DNA of 64,000 nt from positions 1-64,000 of IMG/VR virus record IMGVR_UViG_3300028596_000009. One strand, written 5' to 3'. How positions within the stretch are numbered: position 1 is the stretch's first letter; every line of letters begins with the position of its first letter. This document shows positions 20,237 through 29,888 of this stretch, piece by piece. The notes under the pieces are model-generated. The model saw only the letters and a list, made by a program, of their open reading frames with translations. It searched no databases and was not told the DNA's origin. The position numbers and the translations under genes are program-made. The DNA is from a virus.

Positions 20237-20680
20237 ATGTACGACCTGGAGAAGCTGATGCGGCTGCGGGAGTGGGCGCAGTACGGCGGCACGGAGAAGG
20301 AGCGGTTCGACTACGGCTGCTGGGCCCGGCAGGTCGCCGGTGGTGTGTCCCTGTGCTTCGCGGCGAAGACGTGCGCGGACGCCGGTGCACGGTTCCTGTG
20401 GCAGTTCAACACGGCCCGGGACGTCATGGACAAGGACGGACGACGTGTCTCGATCATGTCGTTCGCCGCGCGGGAACTCGGGCTCGGGGAGATGGAGTCG
20501 ACGGTCCTGTTCGCCCCCGACCACGAGGACGGTGACAACCTCGGCTGCGCGTTCGCGTTCCTGGATGTGCTGATCGAGCGGGCGCGGGCCAGCAAGGACA
20601 GCATGTCGAACCGGGAGGCGCTGGACTGGATGAAGGCGTGGTTCGAGGAGAACCAGGTGCAGGAGGAAGAGGAGAAGTGA
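20237..20680 (+). CDS. hypothetical protein (paralog of 21302)
   Basis: LCFAAK...LGLGEMESTVLF. Confidence 0.8.
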   Translation: MYDLEKLMRLREWAQYGGTEKERFDYGCWARQVAGGVSLCFAAKTCADAGARFLWQFNTARDVMDKDGRRVSIMSFAARELGLGEMESTVLFAPDHEDGDNLGCAFAFLDVLIERARASKDSMSNREALDWMKAWFEENQVQEEEEK

Positions 20681-21207
20681 AGCAGGAGCTGATCACGTTC
20701 CCGAGCGGGGGCGAGTGGGAGGACAGTGGCGAGGGCGGCATGTACGCGCTGCTGGTGGTGAAGGAGCCGCTGGAGTGGCGCACCAACTGCAACGTGGATG
20801 TGCACACGCTGATCCAGCGCAACCGGCCGGACGCGAAGCGCTCGACGACGGTCCGGATGACCCCGCACGACGTGTGCGTATCGAGTCAGGAAGCGAAGCT
20901 TCTGTGGGCTCCGTACAACTACCAGTCGTCCGGGTATCAGCACGATGCGGCGAAGGTGCTGCGGTCCAAGGGGATGGCTGTCGAAGCCCAGTGGGTGGAG
21001 CGCGCCGACGACCCGGATGACTACAGCACGTCGATGCTGGCCACGGCGTTTCTCGGGTCCACTTCGCAGTCGCTGTTCAGCGAGGAGCGGGGTGCGTACT
21101 TCGAGGCGACGATCGAGGATCTGACAGAGCAAGGTCGTGCTCTGCACCGGCTCTACAAGTCGGCGTACGGGATCAAGCCGGTGATCCTGACGTTCCTTGA
21201 CACCTGA
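20677..21207 (+). CDS. hypothetical protein
   Basis: GTGA overlap. Confidence 0.75.
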   Translation: MKQELITFPSGGEWEDSGEGGMYALLVVKEPLEWRTNCNVDVHTLIQRNRPDAKRSTTVRMTPHDVCVSSQEAKLLWAPYNYQSSGYQHDAAKVLRSKGMAVEAQWVERADDPDDYSTSMLATAFLGSTSQSLFSEERGAYFEATIEDLTEQGRALHRLYKSAYGIKPVILTFLDT

Positions 21208-21301
21208 CCTGACCCACGGGCGCGCACTCTGGTGGGTGCGCGCCTTCCTCATGCCCCGCGTTTCGGTGCGGCGGCTTATCAGGAAATGAAGGAGAAAGAT
21301 C

Positions 21302-21787
21302 ATGGGTTACATCCTGGAAGCCATGGAACCCCTGCTGGAGTGGGCGGAGCAGGGCGGCGACGAGGAGTACGAGTTCCACATGGGCGAGTGGGCGGCCCGG
21401 CCGAGGTACGGAGCGCCTGCCGAGGACTGCGGTACGACCCTGTGCCTGGCGGGCAAGGCAGCGCACAGCGGCGGGTACAAGATCGTCTGGGGCGGCAGGA
21501 TCAACGCCCGCGACAAGGAAGTGGCGCGTCACGCGCGCCCGATCAATCCGGACGGCAGCACCGGCTTTCTCCAGCCGATCAAGGAGGCTGGCAGGAATGC
21601 CCTGGGTCTGTCGTACGCGGAGTCGGAGGCGCTGTTCGTTCCGGACCTGGACGGGACCGACGAGGACCGGAAGTTCGCGGTGGCCTTCCTGGCCCACCTG
21701 ACGGACCGGGCGCGGGACGATCTGCGGAACATGTCGCCGACGGAGGTGGAGAGCTGGGTCGAGGAGTGGAAGGAGGAGAACGAGTAG
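21302..21787 (+). CDS. hypothetical protein (paralog of 20237)
   Basis: LCLAGK...LGLSYAESEALF. Confidence 0.8.
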   Translation: MGYILEAMEPLLEWAEQGGDEEYEFHMGEWAARPRYGAPAEDCGTTLCLAGKAAHSGGYKIVWGGRINARDKEVARHARPINPDGSTGFLQPIKEAGRNALGLSYAESEALFVPDLDGTDEDRKFAVAFLAHLTDRARDDLRNMSPTEVESWVEEWKEENE

Positions 21788-21954
21788 CACGACCTGAAAC
21801 CGGTTTGAAATTGGCTTGGTTTCATCTCAGCCGAGAACCGTAAAACAGGTCATGATTCCCCGGTGACGCCCTAGGATGGCCAGGTGCCTGTCACTTGGCC
21901 GTCCGGGAGCGTTCCTGGCGTGCAGGACGCACCGACAAGGAGAGAGGTTCTGAC

Positions 21955-22188
21955 GTGAGCATCAGGTTCGAGGCGAACATCGCCTCCGATCTGTCCCACT
22001 TCCTCACCGCCGAGGTCGAAGGATGGGACGAGGAGCGAGAGTCCACTGAGTGGATCATCTACCTCCTCGGGGTCGAGATGGACCGCGTGTTCAGCAGGAA
22101 GGAGAACGCAAACGCGGTTCTCACCGAGGGCAACTACTGGGCGAAGGCTGAGCGTGTGGTGAAGAGGATGTGGGAGGAGACGCCGTGA
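21955..22188 (+). CDS. hypothetical protein
   Basis: RBS. Confidence 0.65.
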   Translation: MSIRFEANIASDLSHFLTAEVEGWDEERESTEWIIYLLGVEMDRVFSRKENANAVLTEGNYWAKAERVVKRMWEETP

Positions 22189-22514
22189 ACGAGTTGAAGG
22201 CTGTGGTCAAGCAAGTGGTGAGCGTCCAGGTGGGGGACCTGGAGAAATTCGTCAAGGAGTGTTACGGCGTCGCCTCCTGGAACTTCAACGATCAGGCGAT
22301 GGGCCTGTACGACACCGACACCTTCGTGGTGTACCAGGTGGACGGTTCGACCGGCAAAGCGGGCATGGGCTGGCTGAACCGCTGGCTCGATAACCCTTCG
22401 GATGAGCTGGACCCGAACCCTCTCCTGGTCCTGAACGACCTGGCCCGGCGTGGTCTGATCGTCAAGGGCGAGTACCTGATCGAGGACCGGCGCTTCGGAA
22501 GCGGTATCTGGTGA
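22185..22514 (+). CDS. hypothetical protein
   Basis: GTGA overlap. Confidence 0.7.
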   Translation: MNELKAVVKQVVSVQVGDLEKFVKECYGVASWNFNDQAMGLYDTDTFVVYQVDGSTGKAGMGWLNRWLDNPSDELDPNPLLVLNDLARRGLIVKGEYLIEDRRFGSGIW

Positions 22515-22738
22515 GCGCCCGCCACGCCCGCTCCGAGGAGGAGATACGGGCCCAGGTCATGGCCACGGCGGAGTCCTTCGAGGCCCAGTGGGGGCACAGC
22601 CTGCGCATGGCACAGGGAGGGCCGAAGCGGTCTTTACAGGACCGGGTGAACGAGTACGTCGAGGCCCGCAGGCAGGACAACAAGGACTGGGAGAAGGAGG
22701 AGAAGACATGCCACTTCGGATTTTCGACCGAGGACTGA
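22511..22738 (+). CDS. hypothetical protein (contains TTA codon)
   Basis: GTGA overlap. Confidence 0.55.
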   Translation: MSARHARSEEEIRAQVMATAESFEAQWGHSLRMAQGGPKRSLQDRVNEYVEARRQDNKDWEKEEKTCHFGFSTED

Positions 22739-23064
22739 AGAACCCGGACGAGCTGAAGGTGTTCTTCCCGGAAGGCTGGTGGGAGTGGGACTTCGAGACG
22801 ATCCGTCTCGGCCACTTCATGGTGCCGATGGGCATCGGCCGCATCGCCGAACGCAACCTGAGCGAGGTGCTTCGGCGGTTGCGTGCCCTGGAGTCCATCG
22901 AGGGGCCTCTCGGGCTGGAGCCGGACGGCGAGCCGAAGCCCTACGACGAGATGATCGTGGTGCGCCGGGTCGGACTGGCGGCGGTCGTGAACGAGATCCC
23001 ACGCCCCAAGTTCGACGCCTGGATCAAGAGCGAGCAGGCCAAGTCGGAGAAGAAGGGGGTGTAA
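22708..23064 (+). CDS. hypothetical protein
   Basis: RBS AAGGAGG. Confidence 0.7.
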   Translation: MPLRIFDRGLKNPDELKVFFPEGWWEWDFETIRLGHFMVPMGIGRIAERNLSEVLRRLRALESIEGPLGLEPDGEPKPYDEMIVVRRVGLAAVVNEIPRPKFDAWIKSEQAKSEKKGV

Positions 23065-23066
23065 CC

Positions 23067-23384
23067 GTGGTGCCTCAGCAGGAGTCTCCGGATGAGCTGG
23101 TGGAGGCCATCGCCCGGAACCTCACGCAGCATCAGCGCAGGCTCCTGGTCGAGGCGATCGTCCGGGCGGACCCGAACGCGCAGGTCTGCCCGGTGACCGG
23201 TTCGCTGGATCTCCGGGTGATCAATCCGCTGATCCGGCGCCGGTCGCCGCTCGTTCAGGAGTGGCGTTTCTCTCTGTACCTGACCAAGCTCGGCGAGCAG
23301 GTGGCCAGGTATCTGAACCGGACGGGGGACTGGGAGGTCCCGAGGTTCATGCAGGTGAAGGAAGAGTTCGAGATCGAGGTCTGA
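23067..23384 (+). CDS. putative winged-helix protein
   Basis: LT..Q...L and YLTKLG motifs. Confidence 0.55.
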   Translation: MVPQQESPDELVEAIARNLTQHQRRLLVEAIVRADPNAQVCPVTGSLDLRVINPLIRRRSPLVQEWRFSLYLTKLGEQVARYLNRTGDWEVPRFMQVKEEFEIEV

Positions 23385-23406
23385 GTCCCATGGAAAGGGG
23401 ATCGAG

Positions 23407-23676
23407 ATGATCAAGTACGAGCTGAGCTGGAAGGCTCCCGAGGGCAAGACGGCGAAGGCCGAACTGGATGGCCTGAGGGTCGACGGTAACGCGCCGGTGG
23501 CGTGCAACACCTGGTGGGCGGCAGCTCTCCTGGCGGCCAAGATCGCCTTCGAGAACGAGTCCTTCACAGAGCGGGTGACGGCTGCCGCCGAGTACCTGGA
23601 CGACGAACTCCCGGTTCGTGAGGTCGAGGTCAACGGCTGGGTGTTCGCGGCCCGCGACGTCCAGTACTCCGCCTGA
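23407..23676 (+). CDS. hypothetical protein
   Basis: RBS. Confidence 0.7.
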   Translation: MIKYELSWKAPEGKTAKAELDGLRVDGNAPVACNTWWAAALLAAKIAFENESFTERVTAAAEYLDDELPVREVEVNGWVFAARDVQYSA

Positions 23677-23704
23677 GCGCGGTTATCAGAAAGGGGAAGA
23701 CACC

Positions 23705-23944
23705 ATGACACACCTTCCGTTCAACGAGATCGTCCGCCGGGCTGACGCACAGCTCCTGATGGACGCCCGCCAGTACGTGTCGGATGTCCTGCACGTGGCG
23801 CTGGACGACGTTCCGTTCATCACCGCCGTCGCCTACATCGACAAGCACTTCGAGCAGGGCACCTACTCCGGCTGGGAGGGCTGGGTCGAGATGGGTCTGG
23901 GCGACGAGGAGTCCGTGCGCCGGGCGAAGGAGCGGCAGGCATGA
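23705..23944 (+). CDS. hypothetical protein
   Basis: RBS. Confidence 0.7.
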   Translation: MTHLPFNEIVRRADAQLLMDARQYVSDVLHVALDDVPFITAVAYIDKHFEQGTYSGWEGWVEMGLGDEESVRRAKERQA

Positions 23945-24255
23945 ACTTCTCCCGCAGCGATGTGGGCAAGGTGATGAACCACGCCAACATCACCACGGGC
24001 TGGCAGCCGACCAACCAGGAGGCACAGGAGGTCATCCTCTCCGCGATCAAGTGCGGTGTCCTGCCTGGCGTCACGGGTTTCTGCATCACGCTGGACGGCG
24101 ACTTCCTCGTGGTCCTGACGCAGGACGGTTCCCTGTGCACGACGACCGCACCTGTCTCCACCCGCTATCTGTGGAGGTCGGGTCTGACCGGCTCGGCTGC
24201 CGTACGGGACATGCTCGACACCGTGGCTGACCTGACCGAGGAGGCTCGTAGCTGA
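23941..24255 (+). CDS. hypothetical protein
   Basis: ATGA overlap. Confidence 0.7.
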   Translation: MNFSRSDVGKVMNHANITTGWQPTNQEAQEVILSAIKCGVLPGVTGFCITLDGDFLVVLTQDGSLCTTTAPVSTRYLWRSGLTGSAAVRDMLDTVADLTEEARS

Positions 24256-24542
24256 TGAAGCAGATCGAGGTGGAGTTCGACCTGGGTAAACCGGGCGACG
24301 AAAACGTGACGTTCACCGTGAACTGGCCCTCCGGTTTCGATCTTCCGCGCGTTGGCGAGTGGGTCGAGTTCGATTCTGCGGGTGGGGTCATTCCTGATTT
24401 CCAGGTGAACATCCTGAAGCGTCACTTCACGACGGAAGGGAAGGCCATCGTGTTGGCGTACGCCACTCCCAGCGAACCGTTCACCCTTTCGGCGCTGAAC
24501 GCCCTGAAGAAGAACCCTTTGATCAAGGAGGTGGGGGAATGA
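24255..24542 (+). CDS. hypothetical protein
   Basis: TGATG overlap. Confidence 0.7.
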   Translation: MKQIEVEFDLGKPGDENVTFTVNWPSGFDLPRVGEWVEFDSAGGVIPDFQVNILKRHFTTEGKAIVLAYATPSEPFTLSALNALKKNPLIKEVGE

Positions 24543-24895
24543 GCGAAGCACGCGGCCGGGTGCATGCCCGGATCTGCAAGGGCTCCTGCATCGCGTACGG
24601 GGACACCCCGTCCGACCTGTGCCGCAGCGTGGACCGGCTTCTGGACCGAGTCGAGCAGGACGCTCTGCACATGGCGGCCCTGGACTTCGAGGCCCGGATG
24701 GATGCCCAGGGGTGGCCTCGCGGGATCGGGCCGGGGGTGAGCTACATGGTCCGGGAGATGGACCCCTTCGAGAAGATCGACGCCTTCGATCCGGACCTCC
24801 ACGACGTGCACCCGAGCGAGTTCTCGGACTGTCCGCAGTGCGCAGGCGGCGTGGAGCACTGGCACCACAAGGGAACGCAGGATCCGGTGCTGTGA
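24539..24895 (+). CDS. hypothetical protein
   Basis: ATGA overlap. Confidence 0.7.
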   Translation: MSEARGRVHARICKGSCIAYGDTPSDLCRSVDRLLDRVEQDALHMAALDFEARMDAQGWPRGIGPGVSYMVREMDPFEKIDAFDPDLHDVHPSEFSDCPQCAGGVEHWHHKGTQDPVL

Positions 24896-24981
24896 TGGCG
24901 CCCCGGGATGGACGGCTCTGGCCGCCTGTCCTGGAGTGCTCTCACCAGCCAGGCGAGAGACATGGAAAAGGAGAAAACGAC

Positions 24982-25327
24982 ATGAAGACCCTGACGGAGG
25001 GCTGATGTGGGCGTCGAGATGACCAGGTACCTGTTCGAGAGCGTGGCCGAGGAGGCCGGGTTCGATCTCGACAGGATCAAGATCCGGAACTACCACGGTC
25101 GCGGTCCGGGCCACGGACACACGGGACTGGTCGGTGTGCCGGAAGCCATCTTGAAATTCTTCGCACTCCTCGGTCAGGAATCCCTCGGGGGTAGCGCCGT
25201 CAGCATGGACGGGATCGAGGAGCTGGCCGACGGTATGGCCACGAACGCCATGGGCGTGAACTCCGAGGGCCGCACCGAGTTCATCTACTTCTGGAATATC
25301 GACACCCTGAACCTGAAGGAGAACTGA
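24982..25327 (+). pseudogene. hypothetical protein with probable +1 frameshift near 25000
   Basis: Strong RBS and ATG 24982 give MKTLTEG-stop; deleting one G joins it in frame to ORF 25007-25327. Confidence 0.45.
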
Positions 25328-25329
25328 CC

Positions 25330-25611
25330 ATGAAGTACCGCACGCACCAGGACGACGAGCAGATCACGGTGGAGCAGGTGGACGAGAAGGGGACCGTGAC
25401 CGGTCACATGTCGACCGCCCGGAACGACTTCCTGTACCTCCAGAGCGCCGGTGTGAGCAACGAGGTGGTCCTCCGGATGTTCAACGACGGTGAGGTGGCG
25501 CCGGGCGGCATCTTCGACCACACCGCCGCTGCCAAGCACATGGCGGGCAAGGCCGTGAACTGGACCGGCGAGCACACCCCGACGGGCTTCGTGTTCGTCG
25601 TCGCCCAGTAG
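25330..25611 (+). CDS. hypothetical protein
   Basis: RBS AAGGAG. Confidence 0.75.
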   Translation: MKYRTHQDDEQITVEQVDEKGTVTGHMSTARNDFLYLQSAGVSNEVVLRMFNDGEVAPGGIFDHTAAAKHMAGKAVNWTGEHTPTGFVFVVAQ

Positions 25612-25637
25612 GAACCCAAGGAGAAGGAGACAGAGAC

Positions 25638-25892
25638 ATGGCCATCACCAGGGACGACATCATCTGGTTGGAGCCGGGCTTCAACACCCCGCAGCGTACG
25701 GCCGACGAGGACGCGAAGCGGTGGGACATCTGGGCCGACATGACCGGCACCCCGTGGGAGAGGAGGAATCACTTTCCGTTCGCCCTGGTCGCCACCATGC
25801 AGGGAACGGAGGCTCACTTCCTCGTGGAGCGCCTGTACGAGCTGAACGGCGACAAGGTCCGGTACGGCCTGTACCACGCGTGGACCGCCTGA
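25638..25892 (+). CDS. hypothetical protein
   Basis: RBS. Confidence 0.75.
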   Translation: MAITRDDIIWLEPGFNTPQRTADEDAKRWDIWADMTGTPWERRNHFPFALVATMQGTEAHFLVERLYELNGDKVRYGLYHAWTA

Positions 25893-25929
25893 GCGCGTCC
25901 GCTTATCAGCAACGGAAAGGGGAGGGAAC

Positions 25930-26307
25930 GTGAACGACGAGGAGCTGAAGGACTTCCTGGGGCCGGTGGCCTGGGAGAAGTACGGAAGGATCTCCGAACT
26001 GGAAAAGGGGCGCGTCCAAAAGTGGTGTGCCGAGGTGGCAGCCATGAGCGATGCCGAGCTGGTCCGGGCAACTGCTAGTCAGGTCACCGGCGAAGCCGTC
26101 CTGTCGAGCCGTGGTGTGTACAGCACCTACGACGACATCCTCACGACGGTCTGCTACCAGGAGTCCGGAAGGCGTCACGTGAAGGCCGGACACACTGAGG
26201 AGTGCCGGGGCGACACCCTCTACAGCAAGGGGCACAGCCGGGCTGTCCGAGAGGCCGGGTTCACGGCCTCGGATCCGTACCCGTGCGACTGCGGGGCGGT
26301 CTCGTGA
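25930..26307 (+). CDS. hypothetical protein
   Basis: RBS. Confidence 0.75.
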   Translation: MNDEELKDFLGPVAWEKYGRISELEKGRVQKWCAEVAAMSDAELVRATASQVTGEAVLSSRGVYSTYDDILTTVCYQESGRRHVKAGHTEECRGDTLYSKGHSRAVREAGFTASDPYPCDCGAVS

Positions 26308-26474
26308 TGCCCGGAACCCGGTACGACCACGTGCGCGCGTTCACGGAGAACGGGTGGCGTGTGCTGCGGGTGGGTCCGAAGGGCGGCCACACCACGGTCG
26401 CCGTCTACGAGACGGAAGAGGCTGCCGCTGAGGTGGCCGAGGTGCTGAACCGGCTGATCCGGTTCGAGAAGTGA
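26307..26474 (+). CDS. hypothetical protein
   Basis: TGATG overlap. Confidence 0.6.
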   Translation: MPGTRYDHVRAFTENGWRVLRVGPKGGHTTVAVYETEEAAAEVAEVLNRLIRFEK

Positions 26475-26484
26475 GGGGAGAAGG

Positions 26485-26673
26485 ATGAGCTGGATTCCGC
26501 CGGACTGGGAGACCAGCCGGGCCTCGGGTTACTTCGAGTTCCACTACCTGACGCACACGCCGTGCGGATGGACCTCGCACAACTACTACGACCTGGTGCT
26601 GGATCTGTCGTCCCTGGGGCGGCAGCAGGCGAAGAACGTGGTCTACAGCCACCGATGCGACGGAGAGGACTGA
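26485..26673 (+). CDS. hypothetical protein
   Basis: RBS. Confidence 0.6.
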   Translation: MSWIPPDWETSRASGYFEFHYLTHTPCGWTSHNYYDLVLDLSSLGRQQAKNVVYSHRCDGED

Positions 26674-26675
26674 TC

Positions 26676-26912
26676 GTGAAGAACGACCAGGAAGTCTGCT
26701 GGGTCAGGACCGAGGCGGAAGAGAACTTCTTCGGAACGTTCGATGACACGGTGCGCTTCCTCAACAAGCAGCACGGGATGGATCCCTTCCAGGCGCAGAA
26801 GTGGTTGCAGGGCCTCCTGAGCGCTCATTCTGCGTTCGTGGAGGAGCGGATTCGGGCTGGCATCTGGCCCGGCTGGCAGAACCCGACGACCCCGAAGGGA
26901 GTCAGCGAGTGA
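26676..26912 (+). CDS. hypothetical protein
   Basis: RBS. Confidence 0.6.
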   Translation: MKNDQEVCWVRTEAEENFFGTFDDTVRFLNKQHGMDPFQAQKWLQGLLSAHSAFVEERIRAGIWPGWQNPTTPKGVSE

Positions 26913-27112
26913 TCGAGCGAGGTATGGAACAGGGTGAGGCGCGGCGCCGCGCCAAGGAGCTGGGCGGGATCGCCGTCGAGGCGCGCTGGTCGGAGAAGGC
27001 TGGTACGTGGCTGACCGGTGGGTGGGCCAGCGCACGAGGCAAGGCGTGGATCGTCGTGTCACTCGACCACATGGTGGTCCTGGCCGATGAGCCGGAGGTC
27101 AAGCAGGTCTGA
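26909..27112 (+). CDS. hypothetical protein
   Basis: GTGA overlap. Confidence 0.6.
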   Translation: MIERGMEQGEARRRAKELGGIAVEARWSEKAGTWLTGGWASARGKAWIVVSLDHMVVLADEPEVKQV

Positions 27113-27198
27113 CGGACTCGGTTCGGCCGCGCACAGGGACCCCTCTGTGCGTGTGCCGTGTCGCCTTCGTCGGAGGCTTATCAGGGAGGGGAAGGGCA

Positions 27199-27507
27199 GT
27201 GGAGTACAAGCAAGCGGTCGAAGGTGACCAGGAAGCGCTCAGGGAAGCGGCCCGGATCGTGCGTCTGGTCAACCGCGACAAGGACGGCAGGCCGGATGCG
27301 CAGCTCGACTGGGAGCTGAACGGCTGGATGATGGGCGGCCAGTACCGGATGGCTTCGGTGGCGTCCGTGGAGCTTGCCGATGTACTGGCCGACATGTTCG
27401 ACGCGTGGGCTCGTATGGGCGAGCTGGACCTCGACATGCTCAACCGGGTCGGCGGCACAGAGCTGGTCGCGATGGCCCGGATCATCGTGAAGGGAGACCA
27501 GGGGTGA
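27199..27507 (+). CDS. hypothetical protein
   Basis: RBS after TTATC. Confidence 0.7.
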   Translation: MEYKQAVEGDQEALREAARIVRLVNRDKDGRPDAQLDWELNGWMMGGQYRMASVASVELADVLADMFDAWARMGELDLDMLNRVGGTELVAMARIIVKGDQG

Positions 27508-27785
27508 GCTTCGACAGGTGGGCCGAGGAGGTCCGCACCGCGCTGAGGACGTACGGGCGCACGAGCGAGGAGCTGCGAGTCGCCATGGTACGGGTCGGGG
27601 TGGAGAGCGGGAACACGGTGGTTCTCCACTGGCGCCGTAAGTGCTCCTGCTGTGCCGACGAGAACCCGCGCCTGGCGCTGGAGCAGTTCTCCGACGCGAA
27701 CGCGGCCCGGTTCGAGTGGTCGCGCCAGGAGATGAAGCCGGTCCATTCGGTGACCTTGGGCACGTGGCTTGAGCTGGGCGGCTGA
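27504..27785 (+). CDS. hypothetical protein
   Basis: GTGA overlap. Confidence 0.65.
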   Translation: MSFDRWAEEVRTALRTYGRTSEELRVAMVRVGVESGNTVVLHWRRKCSCCADENPRLALEQFSDANAARFEWSRQEMKPVHSVTLGTWLELGG

Positions 27786-27816
27786 CGGCCGCCGGTTATC
27801 AGAAAGGGGAAAGAGG

Positions 27817-28173
27817 ATGGACTGCCACGAGGATTCTCTGTGCCACCGGTTTCCGGTTCTGTCCGGACTGTTCGAGCATGACCGGGTTGGCCACACGGCG
27901 TTCAACGCCCTCCTTCGGGGAGTGACGCCCCTCCACGGCATGCGCAGCGAGAAGGAGTACATCGAGATCCTGGCCGTCATGGAGGAAAAGGGCATGCGCT
28001 CTCTGCCTCACGTGGGTGAAGTCCGGATCCAGCGCCTGGCGGAAGCGAAGGCCGAGGCCCGTAAGTGGATCGAGTTCAACCGCACGCCGAGCTACTGCCG
28101 TGGTTGTGCCGGTACGTGCTGCACGGGGGTCGGCTCCGATCCTTGCACTTGCGAAGGCACCGAGGAGGAATGA
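27817..28173 (+). CDS. RNA polymerase alpha-CTD-like (HhH) protein with Cys-rich tail
   Basis: HTAFNALLRG...IEILAVM..KGMRSLPHVGEVRIQRL. Confidence 0.5.
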   Translation: MDCHEDSLCHRFPVLSGLFEHDRVGHTAFNALLRGVTPLHGMRSEKEYIEILAVMEEKGMRSLPHVGEVRIQRLAEAKAEARKWIEFNRTPSYCRGCAGTCCTGVGSDPCTCEGTEEE

Positions 28174-28174
28174 C

Positions 28175-28387
28175 GTGCCCAAGTGGGAGTGCGAGCTGTG
28201 CCCGTACGAGGTGCAGGACGAGGACCGCGACAAGGTTCCGGCGCTGAGGGATTTCCACATGCGAACCAAGCATGGTTCGGATCAGGTGGTTCCGGCGTCG
28301 GGCCGGAAGCCCAAGGAGAGGGACAGCGAGTTCATGGAGGCGGTCGGCTACGTGGCCACCCTCATCTTCGGCAAGAGCTTCGACTGA
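28175..28387 (+). CDS. C2H2-like Zn-finger protein
   Basis: CELC...FHMRTKH. Confidence 0.55.
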   Translation: MPKWECELCPYEVQDEDRDKVPALRDFHMRTKHGSDQVVPASGRKPKERDSEFMEAVGYVATLIFGKSFD

Positions 28388-28399
28388 GGAGAAGGAGAC

Positions 28400-28564
28400 G
28401 TGAAGGTACACACCACGAGCAACGGCCGGAAGTGGGCCAACATGCAGGTCACCCATCGGGTGAACCGCTTCTCCATCGCCGACTGCCTGTGCTTCATGGC
28501 CACGCACAGTATCGGTCCCATCTACATCAACGTTCCGGAACTTGTCGAGGAGGCAGCGGGATGA
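28400..28564 (+). CDS. hypothetical protein
   Basis: RBS AAGGAG; ATGA overlap with next gene. Confidence 0.5.
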   Translation: MKVHTTSNGRKWANMQVTHRVNRFSIADCLCFMATHSIGPIYINVPELVEEAAG

Positions 28565-28914
28565 GCGTGATCGAGGCGGGGACGCGAGTGTTCTACGCCA
28601 GGAACGCCGGTGAGGCGGACTTCCCGTGGCATCGGGCCCGGGTGGTGTCCTACGATCCGGCGGCCCGTGAGTACGTACTGAACGCGCAGCGAACGCCGAC
28701 GGTCTACTGGTGCGAGGAGATCCGTGTGCCGCAGGACTGGGTGCAGCGGGAGACCTCGGACGACTGCATCCATGAGGAGATGGACTACACGGGCAAGCCT
28801 CTGCTGGCGACGCATCCGATTCCTCAGACGTGGCTGGCCGGAAGTCCGGTGATCCCGGGAAGTGTGTGGTGCTGGTCGCATGGCCGCCACGAGACGGTGG
28901 AGGTGAAGGCATGA
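28561..28914 (+). CDS. hypothetical protein (SH3/Tudor-like N-terminus)
   Basis: GTRVFYA...WHRARVVSYD. Confidence 0.6.
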   Translation: MSVIEAGTRVFYARNAGEADFPWHRARVVSYDPAAREYVLNAQRTPTVYWCEEIRVPQDWVQRETSDDCIHEEMDYTGKPLLATHPIPQTWLAGSPVIPGSVWCWSHGRHETVEVKA

Positions 28915-29135
28915 AGCGGCTTCCGATCAAGGTCGGCACTGTGGTGATCTACACCCGGCAGGCCGTCGAGTGGCTGGACGGGATGGTCCGGCCCCAGGGC
29001 AAGCCCCGGCTGGCCAGGGTGGTCGGCTACGACATGTTCCGCAGCAAGTACCACTTGGGCCTGGAGTACGCGCCGGGCCTGTTCGCCGATTCCGGTACGT
29101 GGGCGTTCGACAAGGAAGTGGAGGTCAAGGCGTGA
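28911..29135 (+). CDS. hypothetical protein
   Basis: ATGA overlap. Confidence 0.65.
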   Translation: MKRLPIKVGTVVIYTRQAVEWLDGMVRPQGKPRLARVVGYDMFRSKYHLGLEYAPGLFADSGTWAFDKEVEVKA

Positions 29136-29422
29136 AGCCGACCAGGTCCGTGGACGGCGTGATGCGGGTGAACATTCAGATCACGCATCGGGTGGACGGC
29201 GACGACTTCATCAATGTCCTGTGCTTGGAGCACCAGAGTGACGATGAGGATGAGCTGCCGGACCTGACCCGGGCGCAGATCGAGGAGAAGATCCGCAAGG
29301 TGCTGGCGCAGCGCCCGGACAGCCGTCACTGGTGGGGAGACGAGCTGAATGAGGAGGGCATCGGCATGCCCAGGAGGTGGGCGGACGAGCTGGTCCGCCG
29401 CCGTTTCCCGGAGCTGTTCTGA
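29132..29422 (+). CDS. hypothetical protein
   Basis: GTGA overlap. Confidence 0.65.
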   Translation: MKPTRSVDGVMRVNIQITHRVDGDDFINVLCLEHQSDDEDELPDLTRAQIEEKIRKVLAQRPDSRHWWGDELNEEGIGMPRRWADELVRRRFPELF

Positions 29423-29453
29423 CATGCAGCAGAGCTGATCAAGAAGGAGAGGG

Positions 29454-29714
29454 ATGGCAAGCATCAGGATGGATGAGATCGAGGGCCTGGTCTCGGCGGA
29501 CTACACCTTCTGGCACGGCAAGGAGCAGGCGGTTCTGTCGTTCCTGGGTGAACCGGTGCTGTACGGCCCGCCCTCGTTGATCAAGGGCAGGCATCTGCGT
29601 GAAGAGGCGGAGCAGGAGTTCAAGGAGCGGATCGCCCGCGTCCTGGGGCGGCTCCTGATGGCCGAGGGCGGCCTGGGTGACTGGCAGACCGAGCCGCTGA
29701 GCGACGAGGACTAG
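29454..29714 (+). CDS. hypothetical protein
   Basis: RBS AAGGAG. Confidence 0.65.
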   Translation: MASIRMDEIEGLVSADYTFWHGKEQAVLSFLGEPVLYGPPSLIKGRHLREEAEQEFKERIARVLGRLLMAEGGLGDWQTEPLSDED

Positions 29715-29726
29715 GGAAGGGGAGAG

Positions 29727-29888
29727 ATGGACAGGATGCAGATCGAGCGAGCCGTCCGGATCGAGTGGGCGGAGAAGATCCGTCTGGAGTTCGGCAAGTA
29801 CCACAACCACAGCGACAGCGGCGGGGAGTGCGGCTCCTGCGGCGCCGTCCAGGCTGCGAACTTCATGGATCCGGAGGTCGAGGGGTGA
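29727..29888 (+). CDS. hypothetical protein
   Basis: RBS; GTGA overlap with next gene. Confidence 0.55.
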   Translation: MDRMQIERAVRIEWAEKIRLEFGKYHNHSDSGGECGSCGAVQAANFMDPEVEG

